From sequence record MW749001.1: a stretch of DNA of 64,000 nucleotides. One strand, 5' to 3'. This stretch comes from Escherichia phage vB_EcoM_Kelasse. Below the pieces are notes generated by a model, which worked only from the letters and a program-made list of their open reading frames with translations, had not been told where the DNA came from and did not search any database. The position numbers and the translations under genes are program-made. Below, one piece after another: positions 19,296 to 35,985 of this stretch (position 1 is the stretch's first letter; each line of letters starts with the position of its first letter).

Positions 19296-20875
19296 GTAAT
19301 AATACATATCAACACGTTTCTAATGAATCTCGTTATGTAAAATTTGATCCAACTGGTACAAATTTTCCGGAAGAGATTACTGATGTTCAGGCTGCTATAG
19401 CAGCCATTTCTCCTGCTGGCGTAAATGGAGTTCCTGATGCATCGTCAACAACAAAGGGAATTTTATTTCTTGCCACTGAACAGGAAGTTATAGATGGAAC
19501 TAATAATACCAAAGCAGTTACACCGGCAACGTTGGCAACAAGATTATCATATCCAAATGCTACCGAAGAAGTTTATGGACTTACACGTTATTCAACAGAC
19601 GATGAAGCTGTAGCTGGTGTTAATAATGAATCATCTATAACTCCGGCTAAATTTACTACAGCAATTAATCACATTTTTGATACACGAATTTCTTCTGAAA
19701 GTTCACTTGGCGTTATTAAGTTATCATCTCTACCGCAAGCATTAGCTGGTGCAGATGATACTACTGCAATGACTCCATTAAAAACGCAGCAGTTAGCTAT
19801 TAAATTAATTGCGCAAATTGCTCCTTCTGAAACCACAGCTACCGAATCGGACCAAGGTGTTGTTCAATTAGCAACAGTAGCGCAGGTTCGTCAGGGAACT
19901 TTAAGAGAAGGCTATGCAATTTCTCCTTATACGTTTATGAATTCATCTGCTACTGAAGAATATAAAGGCGTAATTAAATTAGGAACACAGTCAGAAGTTA
20001 ACTCGAATAATGCTTCTGTTGCTGTTACTGGTGCAACTCTTAATGGTCGTGGTTCTACAACGTCAATGAGAGGCGTAGTTAAATTAACTACAACTGCCGG
20101 CTCACAGAGTGGAGGTGATGCTTCATCAGCACTAGCTTGGAATGCTGACGTTATCCATCAAAGAGGCGGTCAAACTATTAATGGAACACTCCGCATTAAT
20201 AACACGCTTACAATAGCTTCAGGTGGAGCAAATATTACCGGAACAGTTAACATGACCGGTGGTTATATTCAAGGTAAGCGTGTCGTAACACAAAATGAAA
20301 TTGATAGAACTATTCCTGTCGGAGCTATTATGATGTGGGCCGCTGATAGTCTTCCTAGTGATGCTTGGCGTTTTTGCCACGGTGGAACTGTTTCAGCGTC
20401 AGATTGTCCATTATATGCTTCTAGAATTGGAACAAGATATGGCGGAAGTTCATCAAATCCTGGATTACCTGATATGCGTGGTCTTTTTGTTCGCGGCTCT
20501 GGTCGTGGCTCTCACTTAACAAATCCAAATGTTAATGGTAATGACCAGTTTGGTAAGCCTAGATTAGGTGTAGGTTGTACTGGTGGATATGTTGGTGAAG
20601 TACAGAAACAACAGATGTCTTATCATAAACATGCTGGCGGATTTGGTGAGCATGATGATTCTGGAGCATTCGGTAATACCCGTAGATCAAATTTTGTTGG
20701 TACACGTAAAGGACTTGACTGGGATAACCGTTCATACTTCACCAATGACGGATACGAAATTGACCCGGCATCACAACGAAATTCCAAATATACATTAAAT
20801 CGTCCTGAATTAATTGGAAATGAAACACGTCCATGGAACATTTCTTTAAACTACATAATTAAGGTAAAAGAATGA
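19292..20875 (+). CDS. 12: gp12 short tail fiber
   Basis: 527 aa; T4 size and position. Confidence 0.85.
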   Translation: MSNNTYQHVSNESRYVKFDPTGTNFPEEITDVQAAIAAISPAGVNGVPDASSTTKGILFLATEQEVIDGTNNTKAVTPATLATRLSYPNATEEVYGLTRYSTDDEAVAGVNNESSITPAKFTTAINHIFDTRISSESSLGVIKLSSLPQALAGADDTTAMTPLKTQQLAIKLIAQIAPSETTATESDQGVVQLATVAQVRQGTLREGYAISPYTFMNSSATEEYKGVIKLGTQSEVNSNNASVAVTGATLNGRGSTTSMRGVVKLTTTAGSQSGGDASSALAWNADVIHQRGGQTINGTLRINNTLTIASGGANITGTVNMTGGYIQGKRVVTQNEIDRTIPVGAIMMWAADSLPSDAWRFCHGGTVSASDCPLYASRIGTRYGGSSSNPGLPDMRGLFVRGSGRGSHLTNPNVNGNDQFGKPRLGVGCTGGYVGEVQKQQMSYHKHAGGFGEHDDSGAFGNTRRSNFVGTRKGLDWDNRSYFTNDGYEIDPASQRNSKYTLNRPELIGNETRPWNISLNYIIKVKE

Positions 20876-22335
20876 CAGATATTGTACTGAATGACTTACC
20901 ATTCGTTGACGGCCCTCCTGCGGAGGGCCAGAGCCGCATTTCCTGGATTAAAAACGGCGAAGAAATATTAGGAGCTGACACGCAGTATGGAAGCGAAGGT
21001 TCAATGAATAGACCTACAGTTTCTGTACTAAGAAATGTTGAAGTTCTTGATAAAAACATTGGAATACTTAAAACATCTTTAGAAACCGCAAATAGTGATA
21101 TTAAAACCATCCAGGGCATCTTAGATGTATCTGGTGATATAGAAGCTTTAGCACAAATAAGTATCAATAAAAAGGATATTTCTGACCTCAAAACGCTAAC
21201 CAGTGAACATACAGAAATATTAAATGGAACTAATAGTACAGTTGACAACATTCTTGCTGATATTGGTCCATTTAACTCCGAGGCCAACTCTGTATACAGA
21301 ACGATCAGAAATGATTTACTGTGGATAAAGCGTGAACTTGGACAATACACTGGTCAAGATATTAATGGTCTTCCTGTTGTAGGAAATCCTAGTAGTGGAA
21401 TGAAGCATCGCATTATTAATAATACTGATGTCATTACTTCACAGGGAATACGTTTAAGTGAATTAGAAACAAAATTTATTGAATCTGATGTAGGTTCTTT
21501 GACCATTGAAGTTGGTAATCTTCGCGAAGAGCTTGGACCGAAACCACCGTCTTTTTCACAAAACATTTACAGCCGCTTAAATGAAATTGACACTAAACAG
21601 ACAACAGTTGAGTCTGACATTAGTGCTATTAAGACCTCAATAGGATATCCAGGAAATAATTCGATTATTACGAGTGTTAATACAAACACTGATAATATTG
21701 CATCTATTAATTTAGAGCTAAATCAAAGTGGAGGTATTAAACAGCGTTTAACCGTTATTGAAACTTCTATTGGTTCAGATGATATTCCTTCGAGTATTAA
21801 AGGCCAAATCAAAGATAATACAACTTCAATCGAATCTTTAAATGGAATCGTCGGTGAAAACACTTCATCTGGTTTAAGAGCGAATGTTTCGTGGTTAAAC
21901 CAAATTGTTGGAACTGATTCTAGCGGTGGACAACCTTCTCCTCCTGGGTCTCTTTTAAACCGAGTTTCTACAATTGAAACTTCTGTTTCAGGCTTGAATA
22001 ACGATGTTCAAAACCTACAAGTAGAGATTGGTAATAACAGCACAGGAATTAAAGGGCAAGTTGTAGCGTTAAATACTTTAGTAAATGGAACTAATCCAAA
22101 CGGTTCAACTGTTGAAGAACGCGGATTAACCAATTCAATAAAAGCTAACGAAACTAACATTGCATCAGTTACACAAGAAGTGAATACAGCTAAAGGCAAT
22201 ATATCTTCTTTACAAGACGATGTTCAAGCTCTCCAAGAAGCCGGTTATATTCCTGAAGCTCCAAAAGATGGCCAAGCTTACGTTCGTAAAGACGGCGAAT
22301 GGGTATTACTTTCTACCTTTTTATCACCAGCATAA
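20872..22335 (+). CDS. wac: Fibritin (whisker antigen control), coiled-coil neck whiskers
   Basis: 487 aa with long heptad-like segments; T4 wac size and position. Confidence 0.85.
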   Translation: MTDIVLNDLPFVDGPPAEGQSRISWIKNGEEILGADTQYGSEGSMNRPTVSVLRNVEVLDKNIGILKTSLETANSDIKTIQGILDVSGDIEALAQISINKKDISDLKTLTSEHTEILNGTNSTVDNILADIGPFNSEANSVYRTIRNDLLWIKRELGQYTGQDINGLPVVGNPSSGMKHRIINNTDVITSQGIRLSELETKFIESDVGSLTIEVGNLREELGPKPPSFSQNIYSRLNEIDTKQTTVESDISAIKTSIGYPGNNSIITSVNTNTDNIASINLELNQSGGIKQRLTVIETSIGSDDIPSSIKGQIKDNTTSIESLNGIVGENTSSGLRANVSWLNQIVGTDSSGGQPSPPGSLLNRVSTIETSVSGLNNDVQNLQVEIGNNSTGIKGQVVALNTLVNGTNPNGSTVEERGLTNSIKANETNIASVTQEVNTAKGNISSLQDDVQALQEAGYIPEAPKDGQAYVRKDGEWVLLSTFLSPA

Positions 22336-22338
22336 CAT

Positions 22339-22354
22339 GGGGCCGCAAGGCCCC
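22339..22354 (+). terminator. GC stem-loop after wac (terminator-like)
   Basis: GGGGCC-GCAA-GGCCCC hairpin directly after the wac stop; no clear T-run. Confidence 0.45.
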
Positions 22355-22366
22355 AAAGGATTTTAA

Positions 22367-24068
<1,702 letters not shown>

Positions 24069-24109
24069 TAAATATTATAAACTAATTAAAGCCCAGATTA
24101 GGAGAAATC

Positions 24110-27250
<3,141 letters not shown>

Positions 27251-27278
27251 TATTAAAGCATATTAAAGAGGATTAAAA

Positions 27279-29258
27279 ATGACTTTATTATCTCCGGGCA
27301 TTGAGCTCAAAGAAACTACGGTTCAAAGCACCGTGGTTAATAACTCTACTGGTACAGCAGCTTTGGCCGGTAAATTCCAGTGGGGTCCTGCTTTTCAGAT
27401 TAAACAGGTTACAAATGAAGTAGATTTAGTTAATACTTTTGGTCAACCAACCGCTGAAACTGCTGACTATTTTATGTCTGCGATGAATTTCTTGCAGTAC
27501 GGAAATGACTTACGAGTAGTTCGTGCTGTTGATAGAGATACCGCTAAAAACTCATCTCCGATTGCTGGTAATATTGAATACACAATTTCTACCCCAGGTA
27601 GTAACTATGCGGTTGGAGATAAAATCACGGTCAAATATGTTTCAGATGATATTGAAACTGAAGGTAAAATTACTGAAGTAGACGCAGATGGAAAAATTAA
27701 GAAAATTAATATTCCTACTGCAAAAATTATCGCTAAAGCGAAAGAAGTCGGTGAATATCCGGAATTAGGTTCTAACTGGACTGCGGAAATTTCTTCGTCT
27801 TCCTCTGGTTTAGCTGCAGTAATAACTCTTGGAAAAATTATTACTGATTCTGGTATTTTATTAGCTGAAATTGAAAATGCTGAAGCTGCTATGACAGCGG
27901 TTGACTTTCAAGCAAATCTCGAAAAATACGGAATTCCAGGAGTAGTAGCTCTTTATCCAGGCGAATTAGGCGATAAAATTGAAATTGAAATCGTATCTAA
28001 AGCTGACTATGCAAAAGGAGCTTCTGCATTACTCCCAATTTATCCAGGTGGTGGTACTCGTGCATCTACTGCCAAAGCAGTGTTTGGATATGGACCGCAA
28101 ACTGATTCACAGTACGCTATTATAGTTCGTCGTAATGATGCTATTGTTCAAAGCGTTGTTCTTTCAACTAAGCGTGGTGAAAAAGATATTTACGATAGTA
28201 ACATCTATATCGATGACTTTTTCGCAAAAGGTGGTTCAGAATATATTTTTGCAACTGCACAAAACTGGCCAGAAGGCTTCTCTGGAATTTTAACTCTGTC
28301 TGGTGGATTATCATCAAATGCTGAAGTAACAGCAGGAGATTTGATGGAAGCTTGGGACTTCTTTGCTGACCGTGAATCTGTAGATGTTCAATTGTTTATT
28401 GCTGGTTCTTGTGCCGGTGAATCTCTTGAAACAGCATCTACTGTACAAAAACATGTTGTTTCAATTGGTGATGCTCGCCAAGATTGCTTAGTACTGTGCT
28501 CACCACCGCGTGAAACTGTAGTTGGAATTCCTGTAACTCGTGCTGTTGATAACTTAGTCAACTGGAGAACGGCAGCAGGTTCATACACTGATAATAACTT
28601 TAATATCAGTTCAACCTACGCAGCAATTGATGGTAACTACAAGTATCAGTATGACAAATATAATGATGTAAATCGTTGGGTTCCATTAGCAGCTGATATT
28701 GCTGGTTTATGCGCGAGAACCGATAACGTTTCTCAGACTTGGATGTCTCCAGCTGGTTATAATCGCGGCCAGATTCTTAACGTTATTAAACTTGCTATTG
28801 AAACTCGCCAGGCGCAGCGCGATCGTTTATACCAAGAAGCTATCAACCCGGTAACTGGTACAGGTGGTGATGGTTACGTATTGTATGGTGATAAAACAGC
28901 TACTTCTGTTCCTTCTCCGTTTGATCGTATTAACGTTCGTCGTCTGTTTAATATGTTGAAAACGAATATCGGACGTAGTTCAAAATATCGTTTGTTCGAA
29001 TTAAACAATGCGTTTACTCGTTCATCATTCCGCACAGAAACTGCCCAGTACTTACAGGGAATTAAAGCTCTCGGTGGAATTTATGAATATCGTGTAGTTT
29101 GCGATACAACAAATAACACTCCGTCAGTAATTGATAGAAATGAGTTTGTTGCAACATTCTACATCCAACCGGCTCGTAGTATAAATTATATCCAACTTAA
29201 TTTCGTCGCAACTGCTACCGGTGCAGATTTTGATGAGTTAACTGGTCTTGCAGGTTAA
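27279..29258 (+). CDS. 18: gp18 contractile tail sheath protein
   Basis: 659 aa; T4 size and position. Confidence 0.9.
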   Translation: MTLLSPGIELKETTVQSTVVNNSTGTAALAGKFQWGPAFQIKQVTNEVDLVNTFGQPTAETADYFMSAMNFLQYGNDLRVVRAVDRDTAKNSSPIAGNIEYTISTPGSNYAVGDKITVKYVSDDIETEGKITEVDADGKIKKINIPTAKIIAKAKEVGEYPELGSNWTAEISSSSSGLAAVITLGKIITDSGILLAEIENAEAAMTAVDFQANLEKYGIPGVVALYPGELGDKIEIEIVSKADYAKGASALLPIYPGGGTRASTAKAVFGYGPQTDSQYAIIVRRNDAIVQSVVLSTKRGEKDIYDSNIYIDDFFAKGGSEYIFATAQNWPEGFSGILTLSGGLSSNAEVTAGDLMEAWDFFADRESVDVQLFIAGSCAGESLETASTVQKHVVSIGDARQDCLVLCSPPRETVVGIPVTRAVDNLVNWRTAAGSYTDNNFNISSTYAAIDGNYKYQYDKYNDVNRWVPLAADIAGLCARTDNVSQTWMSPAGYNRGQILNVIKLAIETRQAQRDRLYQEAINPVTGTGGDGYVLYGDKTATSVPSPFDRINVRRLFNMLKTNIGRSSKYRLFELNNAFTRSSFRTETAQYLQGIKALGGIYEYRVVCDTTNNTPSVIDRNEFVATFYIQPARSINYIQLNFVATATGADFDELTGLAG

Positions 29259-29266
29259 TTGATTAT

Positions 29267-29280
29267 GGGGCTTCGGCCCC
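29267..29280 (+). terminator. GGGGCTTCGGCCCC hairpin after gene 18
   Basis: Perfect 5-bp GC stem with UUCG-type loop directly after the gene 18 stop; lies inside the 5' end of the HNH ORF as drawn in the ORF track. Confidence 0.5.
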
Positions 29281-29297
29281 TATTCTCGAGGAAACAA

Positions 29298-29903
29298 GTG
29301 ATTATTTCTAAGTTTGTTACAATAAAACCAAGAAATCATTCAAAAATGTGGTCGACAATTCTGGGATATAAAGTATCATATCATGATACAGTATCTGTTC
29401 CAATAGAATTAATGCCAAAGAATAGTAATAAAATAGTTGACGCTAAATGTGATTTGTGTGGTACTAAATTTAGTAGAAGCATTCAACTTTTAAATAGAAC
29501 ACCCACACATGCATGTAGAAAATGTAGCATTAAACAAGTTGCTATTAAAAATTCGGAAGTTCAATCTGGAATAAGCAGACCATGGCAAAGAGGTGATAAA
29601 CATCCTCGATGGACTGGCAAAAGAAAAGAGTTTGCATTATATGCTAGTAGAGTTCATTCTATAACTAAGTCAGCTAAAATAAGAAAAATCTGGTCAAAAT
29701 GGCCGAATGCTGATAAAATAGGAATGTGCGGCGTAGAAGGTGCTTATCAACTCGATCATAAAGTATCTATCAAATATGGATTTGATAATTTAATTCCGCC
29801 GGAAATTATAGCAAGTGTAAAAAATTTAGAAATAATCACTTGGGAATCTAACCGAGAAAAGTCAAAAAGAAATAGCGTAGATCTTTGGGATTTACTAGAA
29901 TGA
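29298..29903 (+). CDS. HNH-family homing-endonuclease-like protein inserted between genes 18 and 19
   Basis: The ORF-track start at 29259 is a TTG reading through the hairpin; the GTG at 29298 has GAGG 6 nt upstream. Two CxxC pairs (CDLCGTKF, HACRKC) and an HNH-like core (QLDHKVSIKYGFDNLIPPEIIASVKNLEIITWESNREKSKRN). I recall no gene at this position in T4. Confidence 0.55.
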   Translation: MIISKFVTIKPRNHSKMWSTILGYKVSYHDTVSVPIELMPKNSNKIVDAKCDLCGTKFSRSIQLLNRTPTHACRKCSIKQVAIKNSEVQSGISRPWQRGDKHPRWTGKRKEFALYASRVHSITKSAKIRKIWSKWPNADKIGMCGVEGAYQLDHKVSIKYGFDNLIPPEIIASVKNLEIITWESNREKSKRNSVDLWDLLE

Positions 29904-29910
29904 TTCTAAA

Positions 29911-29937
29911 GGCCTGTTTCGGCAGGCCATATAAATA
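29911..29937 (+). promoter_or_regulatory. Hairpin GGCCTGTTTCGGCAGGCC followed by late promoter TATAAATA (29930-29937)
   Basis: Stem-loop at 29911-29928 directly followed by ATATAAATAC; a second copy of ATATAAATAC lies at 29988-29997. Confidence 0.55.
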
Positions 29938-29988
29938 CACTATATCCTTAATTCTTTAATTCTATATGCCCTAGGTTAAACATAGGGA

Positions 29989-29996
29989 TATAAATA
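29989..29996 (+). promoter_or_regulatory. Late promoter TATAAATA for gene 19 (proximal copy)
   Basis: Exact TATAAATA 15 nt upstream of the gene 19 ATG, preceded by the palindrome CCCTAGG...CATAGGG. Confidence 0.6.
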
Positions 29997-30010
29997 CTAC
30001 AGAGGCTAAT

Positions 30011-30502
30011 ATGTTTGTAGATGATGTAACACGAGCGTTTGAATCTGGTGATTTTGCTCGACCTAACTTATTCCAAGTAGAAATTTCTTATCTTGGACAA
30101 AATTTTACGTTTCAATGTAAAGCCACTGCTTTACCAGCTGGTATTGTAGAAAAAATTCCAGTCGGATTTATGAACCGTAAAATTAACGTAGCAGGCGATC
30201 GTACATTCGATGACTGGACTGTTACAGTAATGAACGATGAGGCACATGATGCTCGCCAGAAGTTTGTTGATTGGCAAAGCATTGCCGCAGGACAAGGGAA
30301 CGAAATTACTGGTGGAAAACCAGCAGAGTATAAAAAGAGCGCTGTTGTTCGCCAATATGCTCGTGATGCTAAAACTGTAACAAAAGAAGTCGAAATTAAA
30401 GGCCTGTGGCCTACTAACGTGGGTGAACTTCAATTAGATTGGGATTCAAACAATGAAATCCAAACCTTTGAAGTAACTCTTGCTCTCGATTATTGGGAAT
30501 AA
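30011..30502 (+). CDS. 19: gp19 tail tube protein
   Basis: 163 aa; T4 size and position. Confidence 0.85.
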   Translation: MFVDDVTRAFESGDFARPNLFQVEISYLGQNFTFQCKATALPAGIVEKIPVGFMNRKINVAGDRTFDDWTVTVMNDEAHDARQKFVDWQSIAAGQGNEITGGKPAEYKKSAVVRQYARDAKTVTKEVEIKGLWPTNVGELQLDWDSNNEIQTFEVTLALDYWE

Positions 30503-30534
30503 AATGAATGGGGAGAAATCCCCATCCTGCTTAA

Positions 30535-32159
<1,625 letters not shown>

Positions 32160-32160
<1 letters not shown>

Positions 32161-32414
32161 TGGAAGGTTTAATTGAAGCTATTAAATCAAACGACCTCGT
32201 AGCCGCTCGTAAATTATTTGCTGAAGCCATGGCTGCAAGAACGATTGATTTAATTAAAGAAGAAAAAATCGCTATCGCTCGTAATTTCTTAATCGAAGGT
32301 GAAGAACCTGATGACGAGGATGATGACGAAGACGAAGACGAAGATAGTGATGATAAAGACGACAAAAAAGACAAAGACTCTGATGAAGATGACGAAGACG
32401 AGGATGATGAATAA
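32160..32414 (+). CDS. 67: gp67 prohead core protein with acidic tail
   Basis: 84 aa; C-terminal run of Asp/Glu encoded by GAT/GAC/GAA repeats at about 32310-32410. Confidence 0.7.
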
Positions 32415-32839
32415 TGCTTCTGATCCCTGAAACTCATGAATTAGTTCTCGAGAATGTCGAAGCACTTATTCCTGAAGCACAGGGTCGCTTTGACGAATTG
32501 TCTTCTGCTTTAAATAAAGACGATATAAATACAATTGTCGAGAATATGCTTGATGATGAAACTGATTTAGCGGTTGCATTAGCTTCTATTAATGAAAATA
32601 TGCCGTTAAATGAATTTATCGTTAAACATGTTTCCGCCCGTGGTGAAATTACTCGCACTAAAGACCGCAAAACGCGTGAACGTAATGCATTTCAAACCAC
32701 TGGGCTGTCTAAAGCAAAACGTAGACAAATTGCTCGTAAAGCTACCAAAACGAAGATTGCCAATCCAGCAGGTCAATCTCGTGCTCAGCGTAAGCGTAAA
32801 AAAGCTCTTAAACGCCGTAAAGCATTAGGATTAAGCTAA
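32414..32839 (+). CDS. 68: gp68 prohead core protein
   Basis: 141 aa with basic C-terminus; T4 position between 67 and 21. Confidence 0.7.
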
Positions 32840-33492
32840 TGAATGAACCCCAATTACTAATTGAAACTTGGGGTCAACCTGGCGAAATTATTGATGGCGT
32901 GCCAATGCTTGAATCTCATGATGGAAAAGACTTAGGTTTAAAACCGGGTTTATACATCGAAGGAATATTCATGCAAGCGGAAGTCGTCAATAGAAATAAA
33001 CGTCTTTATCCAAAACGTATATTAGAAAAAGCGGTAAAAGACTATATTAATGAGCAAGTTTTAACTAAACAAGCTCTCGGAGAATTAAATCATCCTCCAC
33101 GCGCTAATGTTGACCCGATGCAAGCCGCTATCATTATAGAAGATATGTGGTGGAAAGGAAATGACGTATACGGACGAGCTCGTGTTATTGAAGGTGACCA
33201 TGGTCCTGGAGATAAATTAGCAGCTAATATTCGTGCCGGATGGATTCCAGGAGTTTCTTCTCGTGGATTAGGTTCATTGACTGACACAAATAAAGGTTAT
33301 CGTATCGTAAACGAAGGATTCAAATTAACTGTAGGTGTTGATGCAGTATGGGGTCCAAGTGCTCCAGATGCATGGGTAACTCCTAAGGAAATTACCGAAT
33401 CACAGACGGCGGAAGCCGATACAAGTGCCGATGACGCCTATATGGCTCTCGCAGAGGCCATGAAAAAAAGCGTTATAAATATTATTATCTAA
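32839..33492 (+). CDS. 21: gp21 prohead core protease
   Basis: 217 aa, in the T4 gene 21 position between 68 and 22; no catalytic motif was verified by eye. Confidence 0.85.
   Translation: MNEPQLLIETWGQPGEIIDGVPMLESHDGKDLGLKPGLYIEGIFMQAEVVNRNKRLYPKRILEKAVKDYINEQVLTKQALGELNHPPRANVDPMQAAIIIEDMWWKGNDVYGRARVIEGDHGPGDKLAANIRAGWIPGVSSRGLGSLTDTNKGYRIVNEGFKLTVGVDAVWGPSAPDAWVTPKEITESQTAEADTSADDAYMALAEAMKKSVINIII
33474..33481 (+). promoter_or_regulatory. Late promoter TATAAATA for gene 22
   Basis: Exact TATAAATA inside the 3' end of gene 21, about 27 nt upstream of the gene 22 ATG. Confidence 0.55.
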
Positions 33493-33508
33493 ACAACAGG
33501 ACTACAAA

Positions 33509-34318
33509 ATGCTTAAAGAACAACTGATTGCCGAAGCGCAGAAAATTGATGCTTCCGTTGCTCTTGATAGTATTTTCGAATCAGTTAATATTTCTCCGGA
33601 AGCAAAAGAAACTTTCGGCACTGTATTCGAAGCTACCGTCAAGCAGCACGCCGTTAAATTAGCTGAATCTCATATCGCTAAAATTGCTGAAAAAGCAGAA
33701 GAAGAAGTAGAAAAAAATAAAGAAGAAGCAGAAGAAAAAGCTGAGAAGAAAATCGCTGAGCAAGCTTCTAAATTCCTTGACCATCTTGCAAAAGAATGGC
33801 TCACTGAAAATAAATTAGCAGTAGATAAAGGCATTAAAGCCGAACTGTTTGAATCCATGCTTGGTGGATTGAAAGAGCTCTTCGTTGAACACAACGTTGT
33901 TGTTCCAGAAGAATCAGTTGATGTTGTAGCTGAAATGGAAGAAGAACTGCAAGAACATAAAGAAGAATCAGCTCGTCTGTTCGAAGAACTCAATAAGCGT
34001 GACGCATATATCAATTATGTGCAGCGTGAAGTGGCATTGAGCGAAAGTACTAAAGATCTGACTGAGTCTCAAAAAGAAAAAGTCTCTGCTCTGGTCGAAG
34101 GTATGGATTATTCAGATGCATTCTCAAGTAAATTGAGTGCAATCGTAGAAATGGTGAAGAAATCTAATAAAGATGAAAGCACTATTACTGAGAGTATAAA
34201 TACTCCTGATACTGAAGCAGCCGGACTGAATTTCGTCACTGAAGCTGTAGAAGATAAATCTGCACAAGGTGCAGAAGATATTGTAAGTGTATATGCGAAA
34301 GTCGCATCTCGTTTCTAA
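33509..34318 (+). CDS. 22: gp22 prohead core scaffold protein
   Basis: 269 aa, highly charged and helical. Confidence 0.85.
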   Translation: MLKEQLIAEAQKIDASVALDSIFESVNISPEAKETFGTVFEATVKQHAVKLAESHIAKIAEKAEEEVEKNKEEAEEKAEKKIAEQASKFLDHLAKEWLTENKLAVDKGIKAELFESMLGGLKELFVEHNVVVPEESVDVVAEMEEELQEHKEESARLFEELNKRDAYINYVQREVALSESTKDLTESQKEKVSALVEGMDYSDAFSSKLSAIVEMVKKSNKDESTITESINTPDTEAAGLNFVTEAVEDKSAQGAEDIVSVYAKVASRF

Positions 34319-34336
34319 TTTTAAAGGTTAACACAA

Positions 34337-35902
34337 ATGACTATCAAAACTAAAGCTGAACTTTTGAACAAATGGAAGCCATTACTGGAAGGTGAAGGTT
34401 TACCGGAAATTGCTAATAGCAAACAAGCGATTATCGCTAAAATCTTTGAAAACCAGGAAAAAGATTTCCAGACAGCTCCGGAATATAAAGACGAAAAAAT
34501 TGCTCAGGCATTCGGTTCTTTCTTAACAGAAGCTGAAATTGGTGGTGACCACGGTTACAATGCTACCAACATCGCTGCAGGTCAGACTTCTGGCGCAGTA
34601 ACCCAGATTGGCCCGGCTGTTATGGGTATGGTACGTCGTGCTATTCCTAACCTGATTGCTTTCGATATTTGCGGTGTTCAGCCGATGAACAGCCCGACTG
34701 GTCAGGTATTCGCACTGCGCGCAGTATATGGTAAAGACCCAATCGCTTCCGGCGCTAAAGAAGCATTCCACCCAATGTATGGTCCAGATGCAATGTTCTC
34801 TGGTCAGGGTGCTGCTAAGAAATTCGCTGCTTTGAAAGCAAGTGATACTCTTGAAGTCGGAACTATTTACACTCACTTCTTCCAGGAAACTGGTACAGTA
34901 TATCTGCAAGCTACAGAAGTTAAACAAATTGATTCAGGCGCATCTGACGCAGACAAATTAGATGCTGAAATTAAGAAACAAATGGAAGCAGGTGTACTGG
35001 TAGAAATCGCTGAAGGTATGGCTACTTCTATCGCTGAACTTCAGGAAGGTTTTAACGGTTCTACCGATAACCCATGGAATGAAATGGGCTTCCGTATCGA
35101 TAAGCAAGTTATCGAAGCTAAATCTCGTCAGCTGAAAGCTGCTTACTCTATTGAATTAGCACAAGACCTTCGCGCTGTTCATGGTATGGATGCTGATGCT
35201 GAACTGTCTGGTATTCTGGCTACCGAAATTATGCTGGAAATCAACCGTGAAGTTGTTGATTGGATTAACTACTCTGCTCAGGTTGGTAAATCTGGTATGA
35301 CCCTGACTCCGGGTTCTAAAGCTGGTGTATTTGACTTCCAGGACCCAATCGATATTCGTGGTGCTCGCTGGGCGGGTGAATCCTTTAAAGCTCTGTTGTT
35401 CCAGATTGACAAAGAAGCAGTTGAAATTGCTCGTCAGACCGGTCGTGGTGAAGGTAACTTCATTATCGCTTCCCGTAACGTAGTTAACGTTCTGGCTTCA
35501 GTTGATACCGGCATTTCTTATGCTGCACAAGGTCTGGCTACCGGCTTTAACACTGATACTACCAAGTCAGTATTTGCTGGTGTTCTGGGTGGTAAATACC
35601 GTGTATATATCGACCAGTATGCTAAACAGGATTATTTCACTGTAGGTTATAAAGGTCCGAACGAAATGGATGCTGGTATTTACTACGCTCCATATGTAGC
35701 TCTGACTCCACTGCGTGGTTCTGATCCGAAGAACTTCCAACCGGTAATGGGGTTCAAAACTCGTTACGGTATCGGTATCAACCCATTTGCAGAATCCGCT
35801 GCTCAGGCTCCGGCTTCTCGCATTCAGAGTGGTATGCCTTCTATCCTGAACAGCCTTGGTAAGAACGCTTACTTTAGACGTGTATATGTTAAAGGTATCT
35901 AA
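34337..35902 (+). CDS. 23: gp23 major capsid protein
   Basis: 521 aa; T4 gp23 size and position. Confidence 0.95.
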   Translation: MTIKTKAELLNKWKPLLEGEGLPEIANSKQAIIAKIFENQEKDFQTAPEYKDEKIAQAFGSFLTEAEIGGDHGYNATNIAAGQTSGAVTQIGPAVMGMVRRAIPNLIAFDICGVQPMNSPTGQVFALRAVYGKDPIASGAKEAFHPMYGPDAMFSGQGAAKKFAALKASDTLEVGTIYTHFFQETGTVYLQATEVKQIDSGASDADKLDAEIKKQMEAGVLVEIAEGMATSIAELQEGFNGSTDNPWNEMGFRIDKQVIEAKSRQLKAAYSIELAQDLRAVHGMDADAELSGILATEIMLEINREVVDWINYSAQVGKSGMTLTPGSKAGVFDFQDPIDIRGARWAGESFKALLFQIDKEAVEIARQTGRGEGNFIIASRNVVNVLASVDTGISYAAQGLATGFNTDTTKSVFAGVLGGKYRVYIDQYAKQDYFTVGYKGPNEMDAGIYYAPYVALTPLRGSDPKNFQPVMGFKTRYGIGINPFAESAAQAPASRIQSGMPSILNSLGKNAYFRRVYVKGI

Positions 35903-35917
35903 TCTTTGACGATTTAA

Positions 35918-35933
35918 GGGACCTTCGGGTCCC
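35918..35933 (+). terminator. Terminator hairpin after gene 23
   Basis: GGGACC-TTCG-GGTCCC hairpin followed by a T-rich tract. Confidence 0.6.
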
Positions 35934-35950
35934 TTTAGTTGTTTTTATGG

Positions 35951-35958
35951 TATAAATA
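35951..35958 (+). promoter_or_regulatory. Late promoter TATAAATA for gene 24
   Basis: Exact TATAAATA about 28 nt upstream of the gene 24 ATG. Confidence 0.7.
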
Positions 35959-35985
35959 AATCATATAAACCAAAAGGAAAGCGCA

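Noticed and set aside
20859-21350. 163-aa minus-strand ORF inside wac, and similar antisense ORFs inside genes 7, 8, 10, 19, 22, 23, 29/48, alt and others
   Set aside because: All lie wholly inside long, well-supported structural genes on the opposite strand, lack Shine-Dalgarno sequences, and have the skewed composition typical of antisense frames.
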